This document shows positions 61,371-64,000 of a DNA stretch of 64,000 bases, in pieces. The notes beneath the pieces were generated by a model, which was not told the origin of the DNA, searched no databases, and saw nothing but the letters and a program-made list of their open reading frames with translations. The translations under genes were made by a program, and so were the position numbers. Every line of letters starts with the position of its first letter. The first letter of the stretch is position 1. This stretch comes from Malacoraja senta (Eukaryota), in contig CM075987.1 in the NCBI GenBank assembly GCA_038087875.1, positions 22,196,001 through 22,260,000 on the forward strand, in the 5' to 3' direction.

Positions 61371-63639
61371 TATTTATAATTTCATCTAAAGTGCATCAGT
61401 TTAATGCTTCCATTTTGCATAGAATCGTGTTTGGCACGGACTAGAAGGGCCGAGATGGCCTGTTTCCCTGCCCAAGTTTCCAATCTTTCCCAAAGCTTAA
61501 GTTTAAATTCAATATAGTTCTCTGGAATAAGGGGTCATCGTCTTAATATAAGGGGTTGTCCATTCTGGATTGCACTGAGATGAAATGTATTTGTCCAAAG
61601 GGCAGTGAATCGTATCCATGAGAACCAAGTATAAATAGACAGAAATGATAGATTTTTGGGATATTAAGGAAACCAAGGGTTAGTGCAGGAAAGCTACTGC
61701 TGAGGAGAAAGTTCAGCCCAGACCTTATTGAATAGCAAAGGAGGCATGAAAGAACAAATAGCCAATTCCTGTTTCTGTTGAGTGTGTTCTTATGCTTTCC
61801 TGATATAACCATAAATCCAATTTTAAGAACAACTGCTTAAATTAGATATATTTGGGTTCCTATTGGGGTGTTAATCTCTTTTAGTGTGGCTCTAAAATAC
61901 TTGGTAAAGGAAAAGTGAATGTTACATCAGAGTTGCATGGACCAGTTTAATGATATTCAAACTGGATGATATTGCTGGCACAGCATAAAAGAGCTTTATT
62001 CTGTGTCTAATCTGTATTGTACCTGACCTGGAGCAATTTGAAGGGTTCGAGTAGAGGTAGCTTTACTCCATATTAAATCTGTGCTGAACTTGTTCTGTGA
62101 ATTTCGAAGGGACAGCCTGGATTGCGTATTTGACTTTGAACGTGCCAAATTCAGCCCACAGTCCTTCCTGTGTTGATTTTACCTCAGCCAGATGTGATAG
62201 CAATGATGTTCTAAAGATAATCCAAGAAAGATACATCAGTTTCCCCTGCATAACCAGACCAGTGACTTTTGTGTCTCTTGAAAAGGAAAGTAGACAAAAT
62301 GCAGTTAACTAGTCATCACTGATCTCTGCTGAAAATGTGGCTTGGATTGAATAGATCTGTGATACCCTTGGAGTTGAATAGTCCCCAGCTACTATCCAGC
62401 TTCATGCATGAAGAGTACCCAAAGCTGTTTCTCGGGTAAAGTGAGTGCATGCAGCACAGAGGTGGAGAATATCTCGAGCAGGGAAGGGAAATACGAATGC
62501 AAGTAAAATAGAGCAATTATCCCCAAAGTTCCCTCAGATACAACAAGGGTTATGACAATGTGCAATATTTGCAAAGGAAATTATGGTATTTCAATGTGAC
62601 AATCTGGGAGGAATAAAGGTGGCAATAGGTTTTTATTGGGAAAAGAAAATGACGCTGAATTTAAGAAACTGCCAGTGAGAAAAATCAGTGAACCTGTCAG
62701 AAGAAGGGCATAAACAAATCTGCATACTGTGCCTATTTCTGTAAAAACCTTTAACTGGATTCGGGATTTCTCCCCCCTTTGCGATCCAATGCAGCTCTGG
62801 CAACACCTAGAGGATTGAATGTCACTTAAGAAAAGAGAGTCAGCCTGAATCACTCTTGGCTAACGGGCAGTGGTGTTAATTGTTTTATTGGGCTCTGAGA
62901 GCTTGTTATTTAGCTGTGCAAGGGCACCTTGTGCTGCACTGATGGAACAGCAGGCTAAACATCCATCCTTTGCACCTCATTGCACTGTGCAAGTAATTCA
63001 GGAGCTGAGTCAGTGGGTAGTTTCATAAAGATTTAGTGTAATTATACATTTGTTATTTATAAATAAGCAAAGGAGCTTCCCTGATGATTTTGTAAATAAA
63101 CATTTGGATGTAAACAGTGCCCGTGAAAAATGTTCAATCCCTGACCATTAAAAAAAATCAAAACCTGTCTTCAGAGAACCTCACAGGTCAGAAAGAACCA
63201 TTCAGCCCATTATGCTTGTATTGGCTCCTTAATGGTCTGTTTATTCAGTCCAACTGCTCGAGCCCCTGCCTGTCTGCTTTTTTTCTTTACCACTGCAAAA
63301 TGTTTCCTATTTAAGTATTTATCAAATTCATTTTTATTGAATCCACTTCCACCATGCAGTTTAAAATGTTTTAAAGAAAAATATTATCTTCCCCGTGTAT
63401 TTTTTTGCTGATTATCTTAAATATATGAACGCTAATTTGTGTGTAGCACGCAGCCATTGACAAGTGATAATAACTGGTTCATTTGCTATGAACAAATGAT
63501 TGAGAAGTACTGAAGAATTTCCCTGCTCTTGTTTGAAATACTGATTTATACCCGAGGAGAGTTATCTCCAGTAAAAGATTGCTCATTGGGAATTAGATTG
63601 GGCACTTCCATGCGCAACTCACCTTACCATGTCTGTTGG

Positions 63640-63860
63640 AGACACAAGGAACTGCAAATGTGGGAATCTTGAGTAAAACACAAAGTGTTGGAGTAACTCA
63701 GCAGATCAGGGACCATCTGTGGAAGGAACGGACAAATGACGTTTCGGGTGGGACCTTTCATCAGACTGATTGTTACCAAGAAAATTACTTGATATAAAAA
63801 CGGAAAATGAAGAAAGGCCCCGACACAAAATGACCCATTGCCTGTCCCACTGAGTTCATC
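63640..63860. mobile_element. Penelope-derived short element with hammerhead-like core
   Basis: Minus strand 63768-63735: CAGT-CTGATGA-A-AGGTCCCACCC-GAAA-CG-TC-ATT. Confidence 0.7.
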
Positions 63861-64000
63861 AAGTCAAGAGAGTTTATTGTCATGTGTCCCAGATAGGACA
63901 ATGAAATTCTTGCTTGCTGCAGCACAACAGAATATTGTAAGCATAAATACAGAACAGTTCAGTTCAATATACACATAAATAAACAGATAAAGTGCAATAG

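Overview
Repeat-dense vertebrate nuclear DNA. The repeat set (HE1-like V-SINEs, CR1 LINEs, DeuSINE-like SINEs, very abundant Penelope-derived short repeats) points to a cartilaginous fish, most likely a skate or ray; this is inferred from remembered repeat families, not from a database search. No host protein-coding gene, rRNA, tRNA or CRISPR array is recognisable, so the window looks intronic or intergenic, with one 200-N scaffold gap. The long protein-like ORFs I could recognise are retroelement fragments (CR1, Tx1, Rex/Babar, RTE, Penelope GIY-YIG). Most notable: (1) many short, often palindromic Penelope-derived insertions carrying a minimal hammerhead-ribozyme core, several flanked by 10-15 bp target-site duplications; (2) three different PIF/Harbinger MITEs sharing the terminal core CCTGTCCCACT, plus two or three heavily decayed Harbinger fossils, one apparently keeping both transposase and MADF genes under nested insertions; (3) a clean non-autonomous Helitron carrying a minisatellite; (4) a young, unclassified 402-bp retroposon with a 12-bp TSD and a microsatellite at each end; (5) a CpG-rich promoter-like patch and a strong orphan exon candidate at 37.7-41.8 kb. 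Boundaries of decayed elements are approximate and all protein similarities were judged by eye.
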